Source of the DNA: Acutalibacteraceae bacterium
GTDB lineage: Bacteria; Bacillota; Clostridia; Oscillospirales; Acutalibacteraceae
Direction: 5' to 3'
NCBI GenBank assembly: GCA_045642725.1
Contig: JAZUJJ010000105.1
Coordinates: 5,584 to 69,583 of the forward strand
DNA length: 64,000 bases
In this document: piece by piece, positions 17,010-26,235 of the stretch
Numbering within the stretch: the stretch's first letter is position 1
Layout: each line of letters starts with the position of its first letter
Notes under the pieces: generated by a model
What the model was told of the DNA's origin: nothing
Database searches by the model: none
The model's input: the letters and a program-made list of their open reading frames with translations, nothing else
Made by a program: the position numbers and the translations under genes

Positions 17010-19405
17010 TATTTAAGTCCCCAGATGTCAGAGGCGTATTCGTCAATGGAGCGGTCTGCGCTGAAAATTCCGGCTCCCGCCGTGTTCATCAGCGACATTC
17101 TGTTCCAGCGTTCTCTGTCGGTCCACGCCTTTTCAATATTGCGCTGAGCCTGTCTGTAATCGGCAAAGTCCGCAAGAACCATATAGGGGTCGTGGTTGAT
17201 TATTGAGCCGCCGATTTCGCCGAAATGCTTTCCGCAGATTCCCTTGTTGATAAATTCGATAACCTCGCGGATTTCGAGGTTGTTGTTATAATAATTGACG
17301 GGGTTGTAGCCGACCTTTTTAAGCTCGTTGACCTCAGGGGTCGTAAGACCGAAAATGAAAATATTATCGTCGCCCACAGCATCGTGGATTTCAATATTTG
17401 CGCCGTCCATGGTGCCGAGGGTGATTGCACCGTTTATCATAAGCTTCATGTTTCCCGTGCCGCTGGCTTCCGTTCCGGCAAGGGAAATCTGCTCGCTGAT
17501 TTCGGCGGCGGGCATGAGCATTTCCGCCTTTGTGACGCAGTAATCCTCAATGAAAAGCACGCGGAGTTTATCGTTAACCTGAGGGTCATTGTTGATAAGC
17601 TTTCCGAGATAGCAGATGAACTCCATTATTTTCTTTGCCATAAAGTAGCCGGAGGCCGCTTTTGCACCGAAAATGTAGGTGTGAGGAACATAGTCGCCGT
17701 TGGGGTTATTTTTAATCTCAATGTATTTTGCAAGAATCTGAAGAGCGTTGAGCTCCTGCCTTTTATACTCGTGAAGTCGTTTTACCTGAACATCAAAGAT
17801 TGAGGCGGGGTCAATGACTTCTCCGGTTCTCTTTTTGATGAGATTTGCAAATTCGGCTTTGTTTGCCGATTTGATTTCACCGATTTTTTCGAGAACGGAA
17901 ATATCATCCGCAAATTCTCTGAGCTTTGAAAGCTGAGAAGCATCATGAATGAAGCCGTTGCCGATGAGTTTGCCGATATAAGAGGTAAGGCGGGGGTTTG
18001 CCTGGCAGAGCCATCTGCGGTAGGCGATGCCGTTTGTAACATTGGTGAATTTGTCGGGCTCAAGGGTGTAAAAATCATTAAAGGTGGAGTCCTTGAGTAT
18101 CTGGCTGTGAAGGGCGGAAACTCCGTTTACCTTGTGGCAGACGGCAACGCAGAGGTTTGCCATTCTGACAACACCGTTTGAGATGATTGCCATTCTTTCA
18201 ACTCTGCCTGCGTCATAGGTGAGATCCCATATTTTCTTTCTGAAACGATTGTCGATTTCCTTGACTATCTGATAAATACGGGGCAGAAGACGGCTGAAAA
18301 GCTCCTCGCTCCAGCATTCAAGAGCCTCGGCCATAACCGTGTGATTGGTGTAAGCACAAACCTTTTCAACAATGGCAAAGGCATCATCCCAGCCGTAGCC
18401 GCACTCGTCAAGCAGCACTCTCATAAGCTCGGGTATTGCCATGGTGGGGTGAGTGTCGTTGATGTGAATGGCATTCTTTTCGGCAAAGTTGTCAAGTGAG
18501 CCGTAAACACGAAGATGCCAGGAAACTATATCCTGAACGGAGGCGGAAACAAGAAAATACTGCTGACGCAGACGAAGGCTCTTGCCCTCCTGATGATTGT
18601 CGGCAGGGTAGAGCACCTTGCTGATAACCTCCGCCATGGCTTTTTCCTCCATGGCTCTGATATAATTGCCTTCGTTGAAGGATGTCATATCTATTTCATC
18701 GGCCTTTGCGCTCCACAGACGCAGAACGGCAACGCCTTTTCCGTCTTTTGAGGGCACCATCATATCATAGGGAATGGCCTTTACGGTTTTGCATTCCCTT
18801 TGATTTACATAGTGATAATCCTCGTGCCAGCCTTCTTCAACATAGCCTTCAAATTTAACGGTAACGGTTTTTTCTTCACGGGGAACAAGCCATACATCAC
18901 CGCCGGGAAGCCAGAAATCGGGCATTTCCGTCTGCCAGCCGTCAACGATTTTTTGCTTGAATATACCGTATTCATAGAGAATTGAATAGCCTATGCCGTG
19001 ATAGCCTTCGTTTGCAATGGCGTCAAGATAGCAGGCGGCAAGGCGGCCGAGACCGCCGTTTCCCAGACCAGCATCCGGCTCAAGCTCATAAAGCTTATCA
19101 AGTGAGATGCCGAAGCTCTTGAGAGCCTTGCGTGCAACTTCGGTTATGCTGAGATTATAGAGCGTGTTTTTGAGACTTCTTCCCATAAGGAATTCCATGC
19201 TCATATAGTAAATTCTTTTTTCACCGTTTTCCTTGCCCTCGGTGTCAAACTGTCTGCGCTTTTCTCTTGCAAGGTCACGGGCTATGCCCGATATGACCTC
19301 ATAAAACTGCTCGTCTGTCGCTTCTTTCGGTGTGATACCGTAAAGATGCGAAAAACGGGTTATCATCATTTCTTCAAGCTTTTCGGATGTTATGCTTTTG
19401 CTCAT
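17009..19405 (-). CDS. glgP: Glycogen/starch phosphorylase
   Basis: GLGNGGLGRLAAC, INDTHP, QVKRLHEYKRQ, EASGTGNMK; AGGAG RBS supports start 19405. Confidence 0.97.
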   Translation of the reverse strand: MSKSITSEKLEEMMITRFSHLYGITPKEATDEQFYEVISGIARDLAREKRRQFDTEGKENGEKRIYYMSMEFLMGRSLKNTLYNLSITEVARKALKSFGISLDKLYELEPDAGLGNGGLGRLAACYLDAIANEGYHGIGYSILYEYGIFKQKIVDGWQTEMPDFWLPGGDVWLVPREEKTVTVKFEGYVEEGWHEDYHYVNQRECKTVKAIPYDMMVPSKDGKGVAVLRLWSAKADEIDMTSFNEGNYIRAMEEKAMAEVISKVLYPADNHQEGKSLRLRQQYFLVSASVQDIVSWHLRVYGSLDNFAEKNAIHINDTHPTMAIPELMRVLLDECGYGWDDAFAIVEKVCAYTNHTVMAEALECWSEELFSRLLPRIYQIVKEIDNRFRKKIWDLTYDAGRVERMAIISNGVVRMANLCVAVCHKVNGVSALHSQILKDSTFNDFYTLEPDKFTNVTNGIAYRRWLCQANPRLTSYIGKLIGNGFIHDASQLSKLREFADDISVLEKIGEIKSANKAEFANLIKKRTGEVIDPASIFDVQVKRLHEYKRQELNALQILAKYIEIKNNPNGDYVPHTYIFGAKAASGYFMAKKIMEFICYLGKLINNDPQVNDKLRVLFIEDYCVTKAEMLMPAAEISEQISLAGTEASGTGNMKLMINGAITLGTMDGANIEIHDAVGDDNIFIFGLTTPEVNELKKVGYNPVNYYNNNLEIREVIEFINKGICGKHFGEIGGSIINHDPYMVLADFADYRQAQRNIEKAWTDRERWNRMSLMNTAGAGIFSADRSIDEYASDIWGLK

Positions 19406-19460
19406 GGTATTCTCCTTATACAGCCGGATTTTCCGACATTTCATATAAATTATCATATTA

Positions 19461-19489
19461 ATTATATGACAAGTTGCACAATAATACAA
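19461..19489 (-). promoter_or_regulatory. Sigma-A promoter of glgP-tadA-TRIC
   Basis: Minus strand TTGTAT-17-TATAAT. Confidence 0.55.
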
Positions 19490-19530
19490 TAAAATATCTC
19501 AAATCAAAATAAAATTGTAGGGTTATATAC

Positions 19531-19559
19531 TTGTAACGGTCTTTATTTTAATCTATAAT
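19531..19559 (+). promoter_or_regulatory. Sigma-A promoter of CPBP-rlmD
   Basis: TTGTAA-17-TATAAT. Confidence 0.6.
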
Positions 19560-19600
19560 GTTAAAAATGACTAAGAAATATTGATACGGAGCAGAATATA

Positions 19601-20596
19601 ATGAATAATTCCATTTATACGATGGGTATGGACCCAGCCGAAATATATATGCAAGGTCAGGCACAGCGCAAGGGTATAGCCTCAGTCGGCATTGTGTCGG
19701 GAATCTGCGCCATTGCTTATACCGTGCTTCAGATTGTCATTCCCTGGCCGATAACGCACATTCGTTTTCTTTACAGAATATATTTCAGCAACGGAAATTT
19801 TGAAAACATCCTGCTGATTTTTCTTTCGGTTTTTTCTCTGCTTATGCCTTTTGCAATCGGCGGATTATGGCTGAAAAAGAAAAACGGCAAAGACCCGTTT
19901 ATATTTGAAAAGCCAAAGGACCCGTATATCTCCGTGCTTGCGGTGGCTTTCGGTGTTTTTGTCTGCCTTGCGGGCAACTGGATTGCTTCAATGATAACCC
20001 TGCTTTCGGAAAGTGCGGGCTTTGAGCTTACAGCCCCCGAATATTCGGTGCCCTCGGGTGTTCCGGGCAGAATACTTTACACGGTTGCCATTGCGGTCGT
20101 GCCTGCACTTGCGGAGGAAACCGCTTTTCGCGGGGTGGTTTTACAGCACCTTCGCCCCTACGGTGACAGCTTTGCCATTGTCATGTCATCTGCGGTTTTT
20201 GCCATACTTCACGGTAATCTTATTCAGGCGCCCTTTGCGATGATAGTCGGTCTTTCACTCGGCTATATCTGCTGCCTTACAAACAGCTTGTGGCCCTCGA
20301 TTGCCGTTCACTGCATCAACAATCTTTATTCCGTTGCAACTGAATTCATGCTTGAGGATGTTCAGAGTGAGGAACAGCTGAATAAAATATACTACGGAAC
20401 CTTTTTCTTCCTGCTCATTATTTCTGTAATCGGTTCGGTTATTTTCTTTATATGTAAGGGAAATCTGAAAATCCGAAAGAGATTTTCTTACCTTACGACG
20501 GGGCAGAAGCTGGCGGCTTTTTTCCTCAATGTGCCAATGATAATCGCCATACTCATTATGCTTAAAATTACATCTGAATTTGTGACAAGGGTTTGA
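19601..20596 (+). CDS. CPBP (CAAX protease/Abi) intramembrane glutamic endopeptidase
   Basis: PALAEETAFRG, FAILH, AVHCINN. Confidence 0.9.
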   Translation: MNNSIYTMGMDPAEIYMQGQAQRKGIASVGIVSGICAIAYTVLQIVIPWPITHIRFLYRIYFSNGNFENILLIFLSVFSLLMPFAIGGLWLKKKNGKDPFIFEKPKDPYISVLAVAFGVFVCLAGNWIASMITLLSESAGFELTAPEYSVPSGVPGRILYTVAIAVVPALAEETAFRGVVLQHLRPYGDSFAIVMSSAVFAILHGNLIQAPFAMIVGLSLGYICCLTNSLWPSIAVHCINNLYSVATEFMLEDVQSEEQLNKIYYGTFFFLLIISVIGSVIFFICKGNLKIRKRFSYLTTGQKLAAFFLNVPMIIAILIMLKITSEFVTRV

Positions 20597-20600
20597 TATA

Positions 20601-22229
20601 ATGCTAAAAAAGAATGACATCATTCCGCTTAAAATCGAAAACTGCGGCCTTGACGGCAGCGGAATCGGCCGCCACGAGGGCATGGCGATTTTTGTGCCCT
20701 GCGCGGCAAAGGGTGACGAAATAAACGCCCGTATTCTTAAGGTCAAAAAGACTTACGCCTATGCAAAAATCGAAGAAATAACAAAGCCTTCCGCTCAAAG
20801 AACGCAGGCGCTTTGTCCCGTTTTTCTTAAATGCGGAGGCTGTTCCTTCGGCCATATAAAATACGAAGCCGAAACAAAAATCAAAGAGGACCATGTTAAG
20901 GAGTGCTTTCGCCGTATCGGCGGCCTTGAGCCGCAATTTGAGAGCATAACCGTTGCCGAAAAGATTTACGGTTACAGAAACAAGGCTCAGTTTCCCGTTG
21001 AAATCAATGGCGATGAAATAAAAATCGGTTTTTATTCAAGCCATACCCACAGGGTCGTTCATTGCCCTGACTGCGCCTTGCAGCCGCCTGAATTTTCCGT
21101 TATTTTAAGAGCATTTGAACAATATATAAGAGAAAATAAAATAACCTCTTACGATGAAACCACCGGAAAAGGCCTGCTCAGACATATTTATATCCGCAAG
21201 GGTACAAAAAGCGGAGAAATAATGGTTTGCCCTGTCATAAACGCAGACAGACTTCCCGATGAAAAAGGGCTTGTTTCCCGGCTTCTCGCCGCCTGTGATA
21301 AAATCACCGATATTGAGGTTAACATCAATAAGGAAAACACCAATGTGATTATGGGCAAAAAGTGCCGCACCCTTTACGGTAAAGGCTATATTGAGGATAT
21401 TCTCTGCGGCCTGCGTTTCCGCCTGTCACCGCTTTCGTTTTATCAGGTGAACAGAGATCAGGCCGAAAAGCTTTATTCAAAAGCCGCCGAATATGCCGGA
21501 CTTACGGGCACGGAAAATGTGCTTGATCTTTACTGCGGCACGGGAACCATCGGGCTTTCCATGGCAAGAAATGCGGGAACGGTAACAGGCGTTGAAATTA
21601 TACCCGCAGCTATTGAAGACGCGAAAATAAACGCAGAAGCAAACGGAATAAAGAATGCAAGGTTTATCTGCGGCGATGCCGCAGATGCGGCCTCGGAGCT
21701 TGAAAAGGACGGCATTGCACCCGATGTGATTATTCTTGACCCGCCGCGTAAGGGCTGCGCAAAGGAATTGCTTGAAACCGCAGTCCGCATGAGCCCGGAA
21801 AGAATAGTTTACGTTTCCTGCGACCCCGCAACCCTCGCAAGGGACTGCGCCATTCTCACACAGCTCGGCTATACCGTAAAAAAAGTTGCCCCGACGGAAA
21901 TGTTTCCGCGCACAGGGCATGTTGAGAGTGTTGTTCTTTTAGTCAAACTTCCGCCGGATGATGTAGTCAACATAGAGCTTGATCTGACAAAGCTGCCGGT
22001 GTCAATCCACGACGGTGATGCAACATATGATGAAATCAAGAAATATGTTCTTTCTCACCACGGCCTGAAAGTATCATCTCTTTATATCTCACAGATTAAA
22101 CGTAAATATGGATTAAAAGTAACAGAAGCATATAACAAACCCAAATCCGAAAACTCCCGCCAACCCCAATGCCCGCCGGAGAAAGAGAAGGCGATTACAG
22201 AGGCGTTGAAATATTTTAAGATGATATAG
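20601..22229 (+). CDS. rlmD: 23S rRNA (uracil-1939-C5)-methyltransferase with about 95-aa foreign C-terminal extension
   Basis: TRAM domain, CPVFLKCGGC Fe-S motif, LDPPRKG, YVSCDPATLARD, MFPRTGHVE; extension ATYDEIKKY..SSLYISQIKRKYG..QCPPEKEKAI. Confidence 0.95.
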   Translation: MLKKNDIIPLKIENCGLDGSGIGRHEGMAIFVPCAAKGDEINARILKVKKTYAYAKIEEITKPSAQRTQALCPVFLKCGGCSFGHIKYEAETKIKEDHVKECFRRIGGLEPQFESITVAEKIYGYRNKAQFPVEINGDEIKIGFYSSHTHRVVHCPDCALQPPEFSVILRAFEQYIRENKITSYDETTGKGLLRHIYIRKGTKSGEIMVCPVINADRLPDEKGLVSRLLAACDKITDIEVNINKENTNVIMGKKCRTLYGKGYIEDILCGLRFRLSPLSFYQVNRDQAEKLYSKAAEYAGLTGTENVLDLYCGTGTIGLSMARNAGTVTGVEIIPAAIEDAKINAEANGIKNARFICGDAADAASELEKDGIAPDVIILDPPRKGCAKELLETAVRMSPERIVYVSCDPATLARDCAILTQLGYTVKKVAPTEMFPRTGHVESVVLLVKLPPDDVVNIELDLTKLPVSIHDGDATYDEIKKYVLSHHGLKVSSLYISQIKRKYGLKVTEAYNKPKSENSRQPQCPPEKEKAITEALKYFKMI

Positions 22230-22275
22230 GTAGAAGATGTACTAAATAATAACAGGAAATATGGAGAGGTAAATT

Positions 22276-24066
22276 ATGGAGCAAATATTTAGTAATACTA
22301 CGCTGACCGTAAATCAGCTGATTGAAAAAATAGATACAGGAGAACTTGGCCTCCCAGAATTGCAGCGCCCTTTCATTTGGAAAGACTCAAAGGTGCGTGA
22401 TCTGTTCGATTCCATGATGCGTGGTTATCCGATTGGATATCTGATGCTGTGGGAGTGCCCGGAGCTGGAAAAGAAAAAGACCATAGGCGTTGATCCGCAT
22501 AGTTACAGTGCACCGAAGGAAGTTATTATTGACGGACAACAGAGACTTACCTCACTGTATGCCGTTATGAAAGGTAAGAAAGTCATAAATTCAAACTACT
22601 CTGAGCGGAACATCGTTATTTCCTACAACCCGCTTCAGAACAAATTTGAAGTTGGCTATCAGGCTACTAAGAAAGATCCGGAGTGGATTTATAACATCAG
22701 CGACCTTTTCACAACCACAAGCTCGCGTAAGTTTATCAATGCCTTTATTGACAACTTGGCAGAATCTCGCAAAGCTAAAGGAGAAGAACTGACTGACGAG
22801 GAAGAAGATACTATCTCCAATAACATCGACGAGGTGGCAAATCTCAGCAAACACATTCTGCCGGTATTTGAGATAAAAGCAAATGCCGAGGAAGAAGATG
22901 TGTCCGAAATCTTTGTGCGCGTCAATTCTGGTGGTGTATCACTGAAACAGAACGACTTTATTCTGACATTGCTTTCTCTGTATTGGGATGAAGGGCGTAA
23001 GCAAATTGAACAATTCAGCATGGAATCGACCTACCCGGCCAAGGACAAGGTTACTTCCTACAATCAGATCACCGAGGTATCCGCGCAAGATATTATCCGC
23101 GTTGTTATGGCATATGCCTTTGACAGAGCGCGTCTGAAATATGGATATAAGCTCTTACGCGGTGCCGATTTTGATAAGAAAGGTGTTATTGACCTTGAGT
23201 TGCGAGACCAGCGTTTTGATGAGCTCAAAGAAAAGTTGCCGGATGTTATCAATGTTCATAACTGGCATGAATTCCTGAAAGCTATTCTGAATGCGGGGTA
23301 CTTATCCGGAGATATGATTTTGTCTGGAAACGCGATTTACTACACCTATGCTTTCTATCTGATTGCAAAATATCGTTTTAACGCTTCCTACAATGACAAT
23401 ATGCATCTCACATCACTGTGGTTTTTCTATGCGTCGCTGGTTTCTTTATATACCGGGTCGTTTGAATCGACAGTAGAAAACCACCTCAATTCCATCAAGG
23501 AACTGAAAACGCTGGATGAGTATAAAAGCTTTATTTTATCCAGAGTGGATGAGCGCTTGACCAACGACTACTTCGACATTACCTTGCTCGGTTCTGAGGG
23601 CTTAGCCGTCTCCGGACGAGGCAACAATGCATGGAATGCTTATGTTGCATCCTTGAACATTCTTGATGCAAAAATACTGTTCTCAAAGAGCAATCTGTTG
23701 GTCGCAAAACTGTTTGAACCCGGAACAGACGGAAAACGCAAGTCGCTGGAGAAACATCACTTATTCCCGAAGGCTTATCTAAAGACGCTTGGCTATAATG
23801 ATTCAAAAATCAACCAGATGGCAAACTACGCTTACATCGATTGGAAGGATAATATGGAAATCCTTGATGAAGCTCCGTCTATTTATTACCCGGTCGTTTG
23901 CGCAGGAAAGACCGAGGAGCAGATTCTTACTATGGAAAAAGAAAACGCTCTACCGCACGGCTGGGAGAAAATGACTTACGAAGACTTCCTCGTTGAGCGG
24001 CGTAAGTTGATGGCGGCAAAAATTAAAGCGGCCTTTGAGATTCTCAAGAAGAACGTGACAGGGTGA
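22276..24066 (+). CDS. GmrSD-like DUF262 + DUF1524 nuclease (putative type IV modification-dependent restriction)
   Basis: LPELQRPFIW, IIDGQQRLTSL, IFVRVNSGG (DUF262); EKHHLFP..INQMANY (DUF1524/HNH-like). Confidence 0.85.
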   Translation: MEQIFSNTTLTVNQLIEKIDTGELGLPELQRPFIWKDSKVRDLFDSMMRGYPIGYLMLWECPELEKKKTIGVDPHSYSAPKEVIIDGQQRLTSLYAVMKGKKVINSNYSERNIVISYNPLQNKFEVGYQATKKDPEWIYNISDLFTTTSSRKFINAFIDNLAESRKAKGEELTDEEEDTISNNIDEVANLSKHILPVFEIKANAEEEDVSEIFVRVNSGGVSLKQNDFILTLLSLYWDEGRKQIEQFSMESTYPAKDKVTSYNQITEVSAQDIIRVVMAYAFDRARLKYGYKLLRGADFDKKGVIDLELRDQRFDELKEKLPDVINVHNWHEFLKAILNAGYLSGDMILSGNAIYYTYAFYLIAKYRFNASYNDNMHLTSLWFFYASLVSLYTGSFESTVENHLNSIKELKTLDEYKSFILSRVDERLTNDYFDITLLGSEGLAVSGRGNNAWNAYVASLNILDAKILFSKSNLLVAKLFEPGTDGKRKSLEKHHLFPKAYLKTLGYNDSKINQMANYAYIDWKDNMEILDEAPSIYYPVVCAGKTEEQILTMEKENALPHGWEKMTYEDFLVERRKLMAAKIKAAFEILKKNVTG

Positions 24067-24109
24067 AAAGCGATATTACAACTATGACGCTAAAACCAGA
24101 GGTAATTAA

Positions 24110-25144
24110 ATGAAGAATTTGTTTATCGATACAAATGTATGGCTATCGCTATATCATTTTACAAACGATGATCTTGCACAGTTTAGTAAACTCAAAGACC
24201 TCATAGGCTCTGAAATTCGGCTCTTTGTGCCTCAACAAGTCAGCGATGAAATTAGCAGAAATCGTGAGGCGAAATTGAAAGATGCTTTTAAAATGTTTGA
24301 ATTGAAAAGCATTCAATTCCCGGCATTCTGCAAAGCTTATGAGGAATACGAGTCTTTTAGTAAAGATTACGTGAGCATTTTATCAAGATATAAACAGTGG
24401 AAAAAGAAAATAGACGCAGATATTCTAAGCGAATCTTTACCTGCCGATATCATCATTACTGATTTTCTGGAACTTACAGAAACGATTTCTACAGAAGAAT
24501 ATGTAGATGCTGCCTATATGCGGTATCGAATAGGTAATCCTCCGGGAAAAGGTAACAAGTATGGTGACGCTGTTAATTGGGAGTGTCTTCTTCATGTTGT
24601 CCCGGATGGAGAAGATCTATACATAATTAGCACGGATAAAGATTATCGTTCCGAACTCTCAGATAATGAATTTAATCCGTTTTTGAAAAAAGAATGGGAA
24701 CAGAAAAAAGGGTCCAAAATTGTTTTTTATAGAAACCTTGTACCGTTTCTAAATGAACATATTAAAGATGTTCAGCTAAAAACGGAGCAAGAAAAGCAGG
24801 AACTTATCAAAAAACTATCTGATAGCTGTAACTTTGAAACTACCCATGGCCTTATTACAATGCTTGGAAAACATACGGGCTGGACAGAATCACAGATTGA
24901 AGAAATGTGTTCCATTGCTGAAGAAAATACGCAAGTTGCATGGATTCTTGGGGACCCAGATGTGCAATCATTTTACAGTAGATTATTATCAAAGATAAAT
25001 TACGAGGAGTTACCGGATTGTGCAACAAAACGCACGATGGAAAAACTCTTTGGTGATGCAATTGCAGCAGAAGCAGAAGCTAATGCAAGATCAGATTTTG
25101 AAGCTGACAGAGACGAAGCTTACGAAGAATACTATAAGCACTAA
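24110..25144 (+). CDS. PIN-like domain protein (DUF4935/PIN_8 type)
   Basis: LFIDTNVWL, GDAVNWECLL, ISTDKDY acidic PIN motifs. Confidence 0.8.
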   Translation: MKNLFIDTNVWLSLYHFTNDDLAQFSKLKDLIGSEIRLFVPQQVSDEISRNREAKLKDAFKMFELKSIQFPAFCKAYEEYESFSKDYVSILSRYKQWKKKIDADILSESLPADIIITDFLELTETISTEEYVDAAYMRYRIGNPPGKGNKYGDAVNWECLLHVVPDGEDLYIISTDKDYRSELSDNEFNPFLKKEWEQKKGSKIVFYRNLVPFLNEHIKDVQLKTEQEKQELIKKLSDSCNFETTHGLITMLGKHTGWTESQIEEMCSIAEENTQVAWILGDPDVQSFYSRLLSKINYEELPDCATKRTMEKLFGDAIAAEAEANARSDFEADRDEAYEEYYKH

Positions 25145-25164
25145 TTAAAAAAAGGGTCGGGTGC

Positions 25165-25555
25165 ATGGCACCGTTCACGGGAACATGTCACCGTGGACTT
25201 GTTACCTGAATGTACGGGCAGGGTTGAGACGATGGCGATCTTGACACATTTTCGCTGCGGGTATTATATAGTAGCGCGAGGTGTTGGTAGACCTGTTCCC
25301 GCGAACACACAAGGTTTAGGCGCCGAAATAGATGTCGCCTGATTTGGCAGTTGATATGTTTCCGCGTACACGGCAAAAATCTGACATCAATCTCGGCCTG
25401 TCGAGCCATGTAGAAACTGTGGCGTTGATGTTGAGAACAAAAGCCGGTGGATATTGACCAATACGACATTGGCAGAAATAAAGGCCACCTATGACAAAAT
25501 CAAAACCTTTGTTTGGAAATATGAGGAAGTGTAGGTGCTGTCATTGGATATTAAA
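25165..25555 (+). pseudogene. Cluster of decayed rlmD 3'-end fragments (att-like scars) plus decayed C-terminal extension
   Basis: Translates as VDLLPECTGRVETMAIL (25193), VDLFPRT (25287), VDMFPRT (25350), HVETVALM (25407), KATYDKIKTFV (25481), *VLSLDI (25532). Confidence 0.8.
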
Positions 25556-25627
25556 CATCAGTTACCATATTTCTTTAACAAAGATGTTTAATAAGAGTTG
25601 AGTGGGAATAATACAGTAATATTTTGA

Positions 25628-25660
25628 TTCCTTGTCGGATTGTTCCGACAAGGAATTTTT
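25628..25660 (+). terminator. Rho-independent terminator
   Basis: TTCCTTGTCGGA-TTGT-TCCGACAAGGAA then TTTTT. Confidence 0.85.
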
Positions 25661-25742
25661 CTCCTTTGCAAAGCATAGAAAATTTTTACCAGACCATTCT
25701 GATGTGACGGTTACGGAAAAGTTGATTGAATAACTCAACAAC

Positions 25743-25771
25743 TTGACATAAATTACTCAATATGATATAGT
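25743..25771 (+). promoter_or_regulatory. Sigma-A promoter of the radical SAM operon
   Basis: TTGACA-17-TATAGT with extended TG. Confidence 0.85.
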
Positions 25772-25830
25772 ATATTGAATAATTGGGATAGAATGTATAT
25801 TTTTAATAAAAAAGAAAAGATGATTAATAG

Positions 25831-26226
25831 ATGAGGTTCTATTTTGGACTTTGGTGCATTTCAATATTGGCGGTTTTTTCGTCAGTTGTATATTTTACAA
25901 TTTCGTTGCTTAACGGAAATATGCCGAGTGGAAATGTTTGTTATATATTTTTGGCTCAGGTAATTCTATTTTCGGCTTCATGTTATAAAATGAGATTTGC
26001 CGAGGGATATACATTATTTCATTGTGTAATTTTTGTGTTTATTTGTAAATCAAAAGGACTTAAGGTTGATAACTGCCCCAAAAAATATATTCTTGAAACC
26101 GTAATGCCTGAAATAAAAATTTTAGCTTCAAAGTTCTATTTTTCTAAAGATCTGACCGAACTGCAATTATATTCGATGATTAAACGAGGTAACTCATTTA
26201 TCAGAGGAAAAAAGGCAGAGAAATAA
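25831..26226 (+). CDS. Hypothetical membrane protein (131 aa)
   Basis: First ORF after the promoter; hydrophobic N-terminal half. Confidence 0.6.
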   Translation: MRFYFGLWCISILAVFSSVVYFTISLLNGNMPSGNVCYIFLAQVILFSASCYKMRFAEGYTLFHCVIFVFICKSKGLKVDNCPKKYILETVMPEIKILASKFYFSKDLTELQLYSMIKRGNSFIRGKKAEK

Positions 26227-26235
26227 GGTGTTCAG

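Larger units (their letters stand above)
21915..25560. mobile_element. rlmD-3'-end genomic island relic (defence cargo, no integrase in window)
   Basis: Left junction at the FPRT|GHVE codons (21912-21920); several decayed copies of this junction and of the extension at 25165-25555; cargo genes of different sequence style. Confidence 0.7.

Noticed and set aside
25165-25410. Short repeats with spacers resembling a CRISPR array (TGTT(C/T)CCGCG)
   Set aside because: Copies are non-identical, non-palindromic and irregularly spaced, there are no cas genes, and they translate to the rlmD VDMFPRT motif
25188-25469. 93-aa minus-strand ORF
   Set aside because: Antisense to the rlmD-derived scars, with no recognisable features
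25560-25830. Cobalamin riboswitch or RiPP precursor upstream of the B12 rSAM genes
   Set aside because: No B12-box consensus seen, the leader is only about 55 nt, and there is no credible short precursor ORF
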